DNA of 64,000 nucleotides from Klebsormidium nitens (taxonomy: Eukaryota > Plantae > Klebsormidiophyceae): the NCBI GenBank assembly GCA_000708835.1, contig DF237220.1, positions 1 to 64,000 on the forward strand, in the 5' to 3' direction. The notes beneath the pieces were generated by a model. That model did no database searches and was not told the DNA's origin. It saw only the letters and a program-made list of their open reading frames with translations. This document shows, piece after piece, positions 1 to 12,900 of the stretch. Position 1 is the stretch's first letter. Each line of letters opens with the position of its first letter. Position numbers and translations under genes: made by a program.

Positions 1-393
1 TAAAACACAAAACAAATAAAAAAAAAAAAAAAAGTGTGCCTTTGCATAGCGTATGCTCTAGGCGGGCAGGTTATGATCTGCTTTACAAAGGCCTTATATG
101 CCGCTGGGCATGCTTGCTTGTGGGTTGACTGCAACGAGAACCGTCGATATACAAATATCGAGTGCTGAGAGCTGCTCAAGCCCGAACAATTGCACGCACA
201 CTTTTGCTGGTTGGACCAGGTCGACACCACCGGCGTTGGCAATGGCAAAGAGGGAGGGAGCAAAGACATGATCCTGAGCAGCAAAATGGTCGATACAATC
301 CCTTCAGGGCAACATTCATGAGTGGTTGTTGGAAAAGCTAGAGGTGCGCCAGTGGGCGGGCCTCACTTGTACTTGAAAGTGACGAGAAGCAGC

Positions 394-3300
394 ATGAACT
401 CACTCATTGTGCCAGGTGGGGACGCAATAAGAGGAGGCACTGCTGAGTGTGACGTCGAAGCTGGGGGTGCTGAGAGCTCCATACTGGGGCAGAAACGAGG
501 TCGTTGTGACACAGAAAGCCCTGGGGATTCGCAGTCGTGTGGGATATGCCTCGCGGAGGTGGACGATCAAGGCCTTCTTGACTCCTGTCAGCATGCATAC
601 TGCTTTGATTGTATCATGAAGGTACGTCAGATGTTGTTTCAAAGATGGTGTGCACGGCTCGACCGTGTTCATCTTTCTGACATTTGCTTTTCTTTTTTTT
701 TTGAAAAAGCATTTTGTATGTTTGCAACTTCACAAGATTCCCCCTTCAACAGGGCATGGTGGTGGCCTTTGTTCAGAGGCATGGGCCTTTGGTGTGAGGC
801 ATATGCGATTTGGTATTGCACTAATGATCCGTTAGAAACCAGCTGCTCATCTTTGCAACTAAGTTTCAATAAGGATCTGAGCAGCCCACTCTTCTCCTCT
901 TGTTTGCTGCTTAAGTCGATTGGAAGACAATCTTGTCATTTGATACAAAGCCTTTCCTTTCCCTCCTGACCAGTGGTCCCAAGTTGAATCTCGGTGTCCC
1001 ACCTGCAAGAGAAGGTTCCACCGTGTGACCCGTACCATGATGGAAGGAGCTGGTCGGCGCGGCAGCCTAAGCCGGCCCCGCAGCTTCCGCATCCCGGTGA
1101 AGGACCAGGTGGGTACTTATCGTTGCAGCGGAAGCTCCAAGAAGGTCTTGTGACTTCGTGCGATGCATTAGAAAGCTGGTGTAGACAATGATCAGGAACA
1201 GGTGGCAAGTCGCTGCTGTGCCCATGGTGGGCTTGTTTTGGATCAGCGCTGAGGCGGAGTGTTTGCGGGTGGTGCAGGTGTATCAGCCGAGCGCGGAGGA
1301 CCTGGCGGCGTACGCCAACACGGTGTGCATGGTCTGCCTTGAGTCAGACAACGAGCACCTGCTGGTGAGCCCCCACTTCCTCTTGTGACTGTCTCCAGGA
1401 CATCTGAGCCCGTTTTGACTGCATAGTCTGGCAGGTGGCGTCAAGAGAAGCCCCGTTGCTTCTCAGGAGGCTGCTGTTGGTTGCACTGGTGATGCCTCCA
1501 GCGCTGCTGACTGCAGCGTTGTGTGTGTCGGTGGCTGTGCAGCTGCTGTGCGACGTGTGCGACGGCGCTGCCCACACGTACTGCGTGGGGCTGGGGCGGC
1601 AGGTCCCGGAGGGGGACTGGTTCTGCGCCACCTGCACAGGAGCTGATGACGGCGCCACCTCCGGCAGTGACGCCTCAGTTGGCGAGGAGGAGCTGGGGGA
1701 GAGCAGCGACAGCGGGGCAGCTGCGGAGGAGGCACAGCAGGGCAGGCACCCAGGGGGCATCATGTCCGACGAGGACAACGACACAGAATTCCGTCTCGAG
1801 ATCCAATTTGACTCCCAACCAGCCAGGGCTACTGCGACGAGGCAAGGGCGGCGATTGCGGTCCGCTTCCAGAACGGTACAAGGCCCGCAAGGAGGGGCCG
1901 GGGCCGCAGACAGAGGCCGGCGCGCAACGCGGCGCAGGGGAATTGGGCTTCGAGAGCAACTGCGAGTGTCCAGTGTGCCCTCTCTTGACGGGGGGGGCGC
2001 TGTCGGAGCAAGCGGGAGGAATGGTTGGCGTGAGGGGCGGGTCGGGGACCGCGTAGCAGCCTCGGCGCGTTGGGGGGGCGGAACCGGTTTCGCTCGCACG
2101 CTGCAGGTGGGCTTCAACGCCTCTGGCCTCGCTTGTGCCTTGTGACCAGTTTCCTCTCTCGTATATTTGTTGCCTCGTCACTGCAGGAGATTCCCTTGCT
2201 TTCATTCCCTTCCACCAACAATTCCACCGACATGAGAGTTTGAGCTCGCCCAAATGACGCCCAATCAGAAAAAACTTTAAAACCAAGGTGCAAATGCGGG
2301 TCAGGACAGAGTTTTTTCCAAAGAGCCAACGGATAACACCTTCCTGCAATACATCTTTGCAAGTCAGATTCATCCCCTTGGAGAAAGAACCCTCCGGTAT
2401 AGGACACACACTTACTCGCACGTTTGTTTTGTCCAAATTATTATATAAGCTGGGAAAAGGTCTCCATCTTTGAGGGACTCCTGGATGATGTCAATGTCAG
2501 TATCGATGGCGGCGGCGCTGATGCGCCCCGCCCTCCTGCTGCGTGCTCCAGGCCCAGGTGCAAGACGCGCTGCAGCTGCGGCTGATGCGTGAGCGCTGGC
2601 CCGCCATCCGCCAGGGCACGCTGCACTTCCCGTCACCCTCTCATCCTGCCCCGCCGCCGCAAGCTGGCCCCCCAGCCGCCTCCAAGCCGAAGGATGGCGC
2701 TGGCTCGGAATCGGAGCGCATGGCATGGAAGGCGCTTCGGGCGCTGCAGAGCGGAGAAGGGGCCATGCTGGGCGACACGCGCGTCCAAGGAGGGGCGGGG
2801 CCGAAATCGAGGGCAAGGGCTGCAAAGAAAGAGGAGGGCAAGGGGATAAGGGGCAGGGCGGCACCCAAGATCTCGACTGTTGCTGAGCGACCAAGAGGGT
2901 CATCGCGAAAGGAGCTGACTCGGAGTCATAACGAGGCACGGGATCATATCGAGCAGCGGACTGGCAATGCCGGCCAACAGACACGGGCGCAGCAGAGGAG
3001 GACTGCGGACGAAGACGGGGCCGGGGGGCAGGCTGCGGTGGGGGCGTTGGCAGCATTCGCAGAAGCGCGGCGGCAAGCAAACGCGGGGTGGGTCGATGAA
3101 GAAGTGCTGCAGGGTCTGAGAGAGGGGCTTGGGGAGGGGCCGTCTAACGGGGGGCAGAGGAAAGGCAGCAAGAGCAAAACGTCGTCAGCGCATGGCGCAA
3201 GGCTCGGCATCACGCCACATGGCAGCTGGGCTCGTCGGCCTCCATCCAACGAGACCGCTCCCACTCGCAGAGTCAGCCATAGCGGCGAGGTACCGGCCGG

Positions 3301-4494
3301 GTGGCCGGCATGCACCCAGGCAGGGGGCCCTGCGTGGTCCGCAGCTGGTGCGGCAGGCCAGCCGAATTGGCGACGAGAATGGCACTCCGGGCCGCCATGG
3401 GCGCAGGTGGCCCCTGCATCTAGTGGAGGCAGTGTCCTGGGGGCCAGCAAGGGCCGCGCATGGATTGACATGTTGCGCCCGCCGTCCAGTCTTGCCGACA
3501 GCAGGCCTGCCAGGCTGCCGCCTCCCTCCCTACCTGGCGAGATTGGGAGCATGGCGCCGGGCACGCCGCCCCCCCTGTGGCCTCGCTCCCCGGTTGCCGA
3601 GGGCGCCTCTTGTCTTCCGGCACCGCTGCTGCCGTCCTCTTGTCTGAGACCCGCACCCGCAGTCCCGTCGACGGCTGCCGCCCCGCACGCAGCGGGGCCC
3701 TCAACAACACCTGATGTTGGTCAGGGGGCCTGGCGGCCAAGCCCTGAAATTCCGCAGGCTGGGGTCAAGGAATCAGGTGAAGGAGTGGCGACTGGGGAGG
3801 TCTTGCCCAAGGAAAGGGCGGCCCTAGCCGGCGGTGCGAACACGGCTGGGGAGGTGGGAGCTCACCAGGTCTTGAACAGGGCAGCTGGCGGGGTGGGCGC
3901 AAGCAACGTCGGGGAAGGGGGCCACGGGATGGAGGCGGCGAAGCGGGTCAAGGACGAGCTGGCCGAGGCAGTGAAGCGGCAGCTGGCGCCACTGTACAAA
4001 CGGAAGGTCATCGGTGAGCACCCTGCGCGATTTGGTCGAGCTACCCTGATCGCAAGCTGTTGCCCCTCTGCAACGACCGGTTGATGCAAAGCAGACAGGA
4101 CTGTTGACATTGCAGCCAAGCAAGCAACGTGTGATCTCGAACCAGGCAAAGCCGGACTGCTGACGAGCCTTGTGCTTGTTTATGCTGTGTTGCAGACAAA
4201 GAAGAATTTCGAAAGGCAGCCGTAGGCGCTTCTCGCGCCTTGCTGCAAATGCCATCGGCACAAGGTTTGTACGAAGAGTTGAAGAAGAACGGTGACGGGC
4301 CGGATAGCCGTCGAAGCCCACCGCGCTACTGGTGTTGTCAACGGAACTTCGAAGGTCCCGTAATCAGCCGCTTGCCTTTCTGCCTATATTGTATAAAGCG
4401 CCAGGTTGATGCTCAATTGAAGGGCTTGCAAGTTCATACAGGTACTCAGCATGAAGGAGAAGGTTCTAGGTTAAATTTAAAAGAGTTAACATAA
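394..4494 (+). CDS. RING finger + PHD finger protein with C-terminal SRI-like domain (PHRF1/SCAF11-like; plant At3g05670-type), 6 exons
   Basis: RING CGICLAEVDDQGLLDSCQHAYCFDCIMK|WSQVESRCPTCK is joined across intron 622-973. PHD CMVCLESDNEHLL|LLCDVCDGAAHTYC...DWFCATC is joined across intron 1365-1542. The motif LMRERWPAIRQGTLHF follows. The SRI-like AVKRQLAPLYKRKVI|DKEEFRKAA is joined at acceptor 4195. Stop TAA is at 4492-4494. Confidence 0.85.
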
Positions 4495-4720
4495 TCTTCG
4501 GATTGCAATTTGCCTCCATGCCCGGCCGGCAACACAAGTGTGAGAACTGTGCTTTAAATCAGGCGATCTGTTTCTTATGTTACTTGGTCGTTCCCCTCCA
4601 GCACATACAACCTAAGAAACATTGCCTGGCAGGCAGTAGACAGCACCTGGTCTATTTCACAATTCTCTATTTTGATCGACTGTTGCTTCGTCGAAACACA
4701 TGGGCAACTTATTTGAGATA

Positions 4721-5770
4721 CTAACTAGCTTCTGCATGCTAGCGAGGGGAAAATATGAATACTTCATCGCGTGTGATCATCTTCTCTTGCGGGACCTGTG
4801 AGTACGCGCGGCGCGCGGCAGCTATGTATTTGAGAAACATTGTTGGGCCGGACGGCCTAGAAAAGTATCAACGTACTAACATATTTGCAGATACCAACGA
4901 TCAATTAAGTTCCGAGTCATACGCGTGATGGTGAATTCTTACATATGCAAGACAGTGCCAGACGGTGTGCATGGTACATAGATATGCATTCGCAGTACGC
5001 GCGTTGCCAAGTTCGGGCAAAGTTTCAAATGTATCGTTAGCTAGTATACAAGGCGGCCGCGGCCGCCCCGCCCGGTAATACTGAATAAGTGGCTGCATGT
5101 GGCGCGCGCGGCGATGCCACACTGATGCATGCGGCAATGATCTGATGCAGAATGAACATAAGCGCCAATTGTGTAAATCTCTTTTACGTACATACTATAC
5201 CTATATACTATGCACAATTTTTGTATATGCTAGCTGTACCTAAAACTATGGCGGCAATTCATGACTGTTATACTCCCGATCAGATCGATCGTTGCCCGTG
5301 CGGATCAACAATTGATATCCGCACGATCTTATCGATCCGCAATCAAGTTGAAGACGCATTGCCAGGTTTGAGAAGCTTAGATTCAATCATGTTTGCAGCT
5401 AGCTACTCAGTATAGGCTAGCTAGACTTGCGTGTGCAGTTATAAGGAAAGGTTCAAGAGGAATGCTGAGACGGTCACATCGTAATTGTACTTGAATGCGG
5501 CCGGCCGCTTCTCCTCGCATGGCCGCGCATGGCGGCACGAACTTCGGATTTCCTCGATATCATCATCATTTGCATATAATTGGACTAAGAGGCGGGCCCG
5601 ACGGTGGTCAATACATCGAGCTATCCTTTCCAAGGCTGTCAGTATTCTCAGTTGCAGTGATCATATGCAACCGCGGTGCGCGGCGCCATGCACATGTACC
5701 ATCATGATCACAACAACAACAGACTGAGATCTACATGTTTAGCCGGGTGCCAAAAGCTCGCTGTATACAC
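4721..5770. other. Palindrome-rich convergent spacer 1
   Basis: Hand count of about 53 perfect hexamer palindromes in ~1.05 kb, versus about 16 expected at random. Includes GGCGGCCGCGGCCGCC (5052-5067) and GCGGCCGGCCGC (5497-5508). Confidence 0.8.
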
Positions 5771-5811
5771 GTTGCATGGACAACACATCATTGTTATACG
5801 GAACACCCATT

Positions 5812-8800
5812 TTAAACTGTTAGGTCATGGTCCACTTTGCTGCCCAACATTGCACTTGAGAGCCACCGCCGAGCTGAAGAACTTGTGATTGTGTCTTGTG
5901 CGCCCCGGAAGGACGTGAGCCCTTCGAAGCTCGCAGCCTCGTCGAGATGCCTGAAGAGATCTGCCTCAGCACCGGCGCGCTGTGGAGTTCTGTGGTCGCC
6001 TGCAACACTGGGGCCGTCTGGAGAGGCAGCAAAGCTGGGCGATGAGCAGACCCCGCTGGTTTCTCCCCTCGCAATCGCGTTTCTCCCGCCTGGAAAATCT
6101 TGTCTTGACGTGTGGGGGGACGCGTCCTGGGGTGGAGACGGCGAGCTCCCTTTCCCGTTTGCTTGCACGGTCGCTCTCGCACTGTTTTGCAGCTCCCGAA
6201 CGTCCGCTCCACAACGCTGAGCGGCCTCTCCCAACCCGTTGAGGCACGCGGGTCGGGCGACCGGCCGTGAGGGCCCTCTCTCCGCCGCGTACCCCGGGTG
6301 GAGCCTCTGCCGCACGAGCTTCATGGCAATCTCCGCGTCGTGCACGCGGTCGTCCGCCGCGAGGGCCACGTCGCGGCCGCTGACCACGCCCCGTGACCGC
6401 TCAGCCACGTGGGCATGGCGCGCTGCCTTGAGCTCCTCCTCCACGGCCGCCTTCTCCGCCTTCACCTTGCTCACCTGCACCCACCACATGTGCGCTCAGA
6501 TGCAAAGCGGACGCAACACGTACGAAAAAACAGCAAAGCACGGCCACGAGGAAAATACCGCAGGCATGATGCTGCCCCACGCTGTGGGTGAAGCGATCTT
6601 CGACTGCCGCTGATGTCATGGAGGCCTTGGTATCTCAGTCCTGCATGGCCTGAGCCCTGCTGCGCACCGTCGCAGGGCTGCTATCCGCCGCGCTCACCTC
6701 GTGCAGCAGGTGGTTGACCATGTTCATGAGGTCCATCTTCTCGGCCGGGATGCGGGCCCCGCCGCGCGGCTGCCGCACCAGGAACTTCTGGCTCAGCTTC
6801 AGCGTCTCCAGCTCGCTGCGCGTGGCCGCCGCCTCCTTCTTGTGCGCTGCCAGCTGCGCCACCACCTGCGCACGCAGCCCGCTCTCCTCCTCCAGCGTGC
6901 CCGCCAGCCGCGCGTTCGCGCCCTCCAGCGCCGCCAGCCGCTCCGCCGTCGCAGCCAGCTGCCTCTGCACGGCCGCCACCGCCCCCGCCTCCCCCGCCTC
7001 CCCGCGCTCGTACGCAGCCAGGCGGCCCCGCAGCTGCGCCACCTCGTTGCCGTACAGCTCCTGCACCACGCACCACGCACCGCAACAACGTCAGCGCTTG
7101 GGGACATTGCGGACTCCACTTGAGACCAACGAGGTGGCTTTTCAGATATGGGCGAACTTAAATAATCCTAGCATTCGGAGTTCAGCCGCAATCGTCAAGA
7201 GAACACAATCAGTCCACCACTTGCCAAGACCAACCGGAAAGGCCAGTCTCATGCCACGTTCTGAAGATAGCCGACTTCTGAAAACGACAAGGTGTGCCCC
7301 GCATGCGGCCATCAACTCTGCACCAACAGAGGGAGTAACTGGCCGGAAGTTGCTTCCAAAAGCGCACAGTCCTTGGGTCGTCAACGCTCGTCAAGCAGCC
7401 AGTCAGGCTCTTGCTCCCGAGCCGAGCCCCTCAAAGCCGCGTAGAACCATCCGAGCAGCTACTGGAGCTACTTGATCTCACCAAGCCGAGCACCCCTTCC
7501 CGTTCTCCGGCCTCACCTGCAGGGCGTGCATCTCAGCGCGCAGCTGCCCCCTCTCCTGCTGAGCGCCTTGCTCCTTGTCGCGCAGCTCCGTGGTGGTGTC
7601 GTGCGCCTGTCCGCGCAGCGCGGCCACCTCCGCGCGCAGGGCCTGCGCCTCGGCCTTAAGCTTGCCGCGGATGAGCACCAGCGTGTCGCTCTTGGCGTCC
7701 ACCATCATGCGCAGCAGGGCCAGCCCGCGGGCCAGCCTCGCCACCTGCATGCCCCAGGCAGCACGCTCACCAGCAGCTCACCGCACAGCGAGGCTGACTC
7801 TGGGCAACCACGGGATCCACAGACACTGATCATGCCAGGGACAAGACGAGGTCACACTCGATTGCGCACTTTATATATGACAAGCAGTGAATAACACCCT
7901 TCTTATCATCTGATAAACAATCTTAGCTTCTCCGCTGTCAAAGACGAGTTTTCCAGTGTTTGTATGTCTTAACGCCTCCCTGTGAGTTGAATCGAGGTTG
8001 CGATGCTGCTCAATGTGAGGCCCCGCCCCCATGGCTTACCTGCTTCCCCAGGCCATGCTTGTCCCCTTCCAGGGGCGCCTTCTCCTCTAGCCCGCCCAGC
8101 GCCTCCGGGGGCACCTTGAACGTGGGCAGCACTGCCTGCTGGAAGGCCTCCACCCCGCTGGCCATCTCCGCCACTGCGCCCGCCGCCGAAGTCACTACTG
8201 CCTCCAGCCTGCGCAGCGCAGCCGCTCCCTGCTGCTCCGCCTCAGTCGAGCTGCAAAAGAAGCAGACACAGTTAACGGGTGAGGGGGCACCTCGAATTTT
8301 CAGTGGCCGCAATGTCTTGTGGAGGGCTATGAATCAAACAGTGCATGGTGAGGTGAGGACAGCTTGTTTGCGCCGGCACGTCCCCATTCCCTGTGCAGCG
8401 CTCACCTGTGTGCATGTTCCTGCAGTGTGTGCTCCAGGCGCTCCCTCTCCGCAGCCTCCCTGTGTAGCTCCTCCTGAGCCGCCTCCAGCGCCGCGAGCAG
8501 CTGCTCCCTCTCGCACTCATACCCCGCCGTCTGCTCGGCCACCCTGGCGCTGATGTCATCATCGCGGTGCTGACGCAGGCGGGCCAGCTCGGCCCGGTGC
8601 TGGCGCTCCTGCGCGCTCACGTCGCGCAGCTGGCCACGCAGCAGCTCGTTCTCATTGCGGAGGGACTGCGCCACCACCGCCTGCTCCACTGCGGCAGGGG
8701 GCCCGCCAAACTGCTGCCTACTCAGCGGCCGCTCAGGCGGAGAAAATGCCGGGTACATTGTGCTGACCATGCCCTTGACCGCTTCTGCGTGGCTGGGGCT

Positions 8801-9474
8801 GCCAGCCAGCTCGGAGGTGATGGGAGAGCGGTTCACAAGGGCACTCTTAATGGGGGACTGGAACACCGAGGGCTTCCTACTTTCGGGAGACGAGTCGGGG
8901 CTGCTGCGACCCCTGGGAGAAGCGGGGGACCCTAGGGGTGTTGCCCACATTGCTGGCTTCATTTGCGGCCCTGGCTTGCTCACAGACTCGATGGTCCTTC
9001 AAGTGAACGGCCCCAGAAACCCTTCTTGTCTCCCCGGTATGCCCCTCTCTCAATCTCATGCAGGGAGCGCCTCTTGCACAAAACCCCAGGATCTTGAGAC
9101 CTCTACAACAAAGTCAGTATTGCCGGAGGGCGCCTATGGACTCTGATTTTCCACCAGGATAGGCAATAAACAAACAACCTACGCATCCGAGTAGAGAGCT
9201 TGAACCCCTGATTTTCCAAGATACCCCTGACCTTTAGGACTCCCAGCAGATCCTCTGCCCAGCACTACTTTGCAGGTTCAACGTGCAACTTCTCATCTTC
9301 TTGGTAGACGAAAGGTTCTTGCTTAGCATGCTGCACGGCTTTCTGCAACACAGATTCCCTTGCTTGTACACTTCGACCTCCATCCAGAAACAACATGACC
9401 GGCACCTCTGCACGGAACTTCTGCATCCTGAGGAGATCTAGGGCCCCAAGCGCCGACTCAGGCTCGTTGTGCAT
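5812..9474 (-). CDS. Orphan coiled-coil protein, at least 5 exons; 5' end uncertain (ATG near 8962, or an upstream exon 9474-9268)
   Basis: In-phase GT-AG exon chain on the minus strand: ~8983-8394, 8252-8041, 7747-7517, 7063-6669, 6477-5812. Exons are A/E/L/R/Q-rich and heptad-like after a Ser/Pro-rich N-terminal part. No family motif recognised. Confidence 0.65.
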
Positions 9475-9941
9475 GACTCAATCTCCGGCCCAGGCTTCCT
9501 CGGGACCAGGGATGAAACTGGGACTCAAGGTGCTGTGTCCTAGCCAGAGCCACAGCAGCCGCCCACGCCGGCAGTACCGTATTCCCAACGCTGTGATTCC
9601 AGAACTTTAACCTATCCCAAACCGTCCATTGTGGTCCTTTTCTCTCATTTGACGGCCAGATTCGCAGTATTCTATTAATGCGCGAGCTAACCTACGTTCA
9701 GCCGACCTCACGTGAACCTGCAATCGCAATGAACTCTGTTTGGAGTATGTATGGCCCCTACCGGCATACCGTATTACAGTAGGTAGGGTCCTATGTGACG
9801 ACTTCCTGCTATCTCGACTTTTACTTTTAGCGAAGAAGCTACTAAGACGGTTCGCGCATTCGGCCAAGCTAGGGCGGTCAAGCTCGTGTTGAGGTCATCA
9901 GCAGGAGGGGTCGTTCGGTTCCTTTCAAGAAGCCCGCCGCC

Positions 9942-12900
9942 ATGGGGTGTCTGTGCGGGCACGAGGACGAGGAGGGCCACAATGGGGCGCACCCTCCCGC
10001 CCCTGCTCCCGCCAAAGATGTGAGCAGCAGCGCTCCCTGCTGTGCAGCTGGGGACCAGCTCGTCCGAATTTTTGGCCAGCTCGGAAATGCTTAGTTCCAG
10101 CTAGCTGTGTCTTCTGTGTCTTGACGGGTGTCGGGAGCTCAGGAGCACATTCAGAGTACTGCACGTGCTGGGCGCCACCTTCTTCGAGCAAGATGCCCTG
10201 TAATGTCAGAGAACAATACTGCTGCAACCTTCTCACAGGCTTGCTTTATTGGTGCAGGTTTTTGCAGAGAACCGGAAGTGCCGCGACGTCCTGTTCCTCA
10301 TCCTATTTGTTGCCTTCTGGGTGAGCTGCCACACCGCAACGTCCCACTTCCAGTGCACTCCCGGTCAACTCAAGGCGGCCTTTCCTCTACTCAATGAGCT
10401 GTGTGCCGCCGTACTGCCCTCACAGCAAGCTCCGCTGATTGCTGCTGCAGCCTGCGTCTGCCGTGCTCTTCTACATGACAATGTGTGCTACCTGCCATTG
10501 CTGTGCGCGCTCACACAGGCTCACTGATGCAGGCGGGCATGTTCTATGTGGGCGGCACTGCTTTCAACAAGGGGGATCCCAACAGGTACTTCTAGCATGG
10601 CTCTCTGACCCTTTGTACGGCATGCCACATCAGTGGTGGGACGCGTTCTCGGAGTTGACTGTCATGCCATCATGTGCATCATTGGGATGCCTCGCTCCCT
10701 TAGTGCGTGTGATGGGTGGACTGAGCTCAGAAACGGAGAGGTGTGCCAAGACTGCGTGGCAGGATGCCGCCGGTGCTGCCTGGTGCTCACCTAGTGTGGG
10801 GCAAGTGCTGTCCTGCCACCCTTGCTCACGCTCCCTCTCCCCCTGCTTGTTGGCTGCGGCAGGATTATCTACGGCCTGGACAGCCAGGGCAACCTGTGTG
10901 GCCAGAAGAACGCTGGCGTCAATGGCACCGGCGGCCCCGACCTCAGTAACAAGAAGCGCCTCTACTGGTGCGCCGCACGAGCCAGCCTCAGCCCTGCCCT
11001 GCCCTTGCCAGGGTCATCCCGAGCCATCTGCCAATACTGACTTCGACTTCTTCTATCAGACCTCAGAGTGCTGTTGCAAGGCCTGCAATAGACGGGGACT
11101 GGGCCCCTCCCCCGTCTCCTTGTATCGTACATACTTGGCCTTGGCACATGGTGCCGTCTGTGGCCCTAACAAACAGCTGCGGGGCACTTGTTTGCAGACC
11201 TGGCTGACGGTGCTCCCTCACGGTTGTGCAGGCTGGACTACCGTGACATCGTGGGGGGCAACATCACACGCTCCAAGCGGGTCTGTGTGGCAGACTGCCC
11301 TGCCAATGTGAGCGTTGCTGTGCATTCTGTGAACCCCTTCACCAGAAGCTACGTCCTGGGCTGTCAAAGCAATATGAGACCTCAAAACGAAGTCATACGA
11401 ACTACACAAGGAGAAACCTGAGTGAGTTTCTTCTCTGACACTTGGTTCGCTCCCCCTCCTGCGCAGAGCACCGAATTCGTGTGTGCCTACAACGGTCAGT
11501 ACGAGACGGACTACTTCAACATGCTCTCCATTGCGGGCAAGCTCAACTCAGCGCTGGGTGAGAACCACCCCCCATGGAAGGCCACTGCTGACCGTTGCAT
11601 GCCATATGTGAAGCAGGGAATGGCTGCGTGCCTCAGCTGCCAGGTCAACCGAGTCTTCCGCGCACCTGTTGCCTCCTAACGCCGTCGTGCCCCTGCTGTC
11701 CGCAGGCTCTGGCCCCTGCTACCCGGTCCTGCTGCCAACGGTGTCGGTTTTGAACAAGTGCTTCCCTCAGGCCCCCCCGGGCCTCACTGCCTTTGTGAAC
11801 GGCGCTGTCAACGCTTCCGCTGCTGCCCCGTCCAGCACCGTTAGTGCCAATGCAACGGTCGACTTCGAATTCGTGGCATCGATGGCGGCCAACCTGTCCA
11901 AGAACAAGCTGCAGGTATGCGCCGCAGGGCCGCCCTGGTGGCACAATGCGCGACGGTCCGCAAGGTGACGCATGTTCTCAACGAGGGAGGCGCACGACTT
12001 CCACTGCTGTGGCCCGCCCTCTTGGACCTCTCCAGTCTTCGCTCTTGACCGTCTCGTGTGTCGGCACCGCGTGACGAGTGCTGAGGGTGCGGCGCTGCGT
12101 GCAGGCGTACATCAGCGACTTGATCAAGGCGTGGCTGGTGGTGCTGGTGTGCGGCGTGGGCGGCGGCGTGCTGTTCAGCGTGCTGTGGATCGCGGTGCTG
12201 CGCTTCTGCGCGGGCGTCATGGCGTGGACGTCCATCCTGCTGGTCAACGCCGCGCTCGTCGGCTGCACGCTCTTCTGCTACGCCAAGGCCGGCAAGCTCA
12301 ACGGGCAGGCCATCGCGCAGGACCTGGGCCGCGACCTGCCCGCCGCGCTCAATCCCTCCACCGAGGACCGCCACGTGTTCCTCGTGGTGGCCTACGTCAT
12401 GACGGGCCTGTCGGTGGCGATGCTGGTGATCACGGGCCTGCTGTTCCGGCGCATCCGCATCGCGGTGGCGTGCCTCAAGGTGGGCAGCCAGGCCGTGGCC
12501 GCCATGCCGCTGCTCATGCTCTTCCCCGCGCTACCCTTCCTCCTCCTGGTCGCCCTCCTCGCCTACTGGGTCGCCGTCGCCGCCTTCCTCTACAGGTCAG
12601 CCCCGCGCCCGCACCCCTCGTTCCAAGCACCAACATGCACGGAAAGTTCCACTCCGTACGGTTACGCAAATTTAACACCGTGATGCCACTTGCATTGCCT
12701 GTTTCACTGTCTTTTGTTCTTTGGTCTCTTCGAGCGCGTTCGATGGGGCCGTGCTTGTGGTGCTGTTTGTCCTCGCCTTTCACAAGCCCGCCCCTGAGAG
12801 CCGCCGCGTGCCGCCGGTGGTGCAGTGCGGGCGACATCGTGCACGCTGCGGACGGCAGCTACAGCATCGTGTGGGACACCACGCTGCGCTACATGGCGGT

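Noticed and set aside
18-33. A16 run as a retroposon tail
   Set aside because: It lies at the window edge, with no element body or target-site duplication visible.
9607-9867. 86-aa minus-strand ORF upstream of the coiled-coil gene
   Set aside because: It starts at TTG, has no motif and no convincing in-phase link to downstream exons. Probably UTR or promoter.
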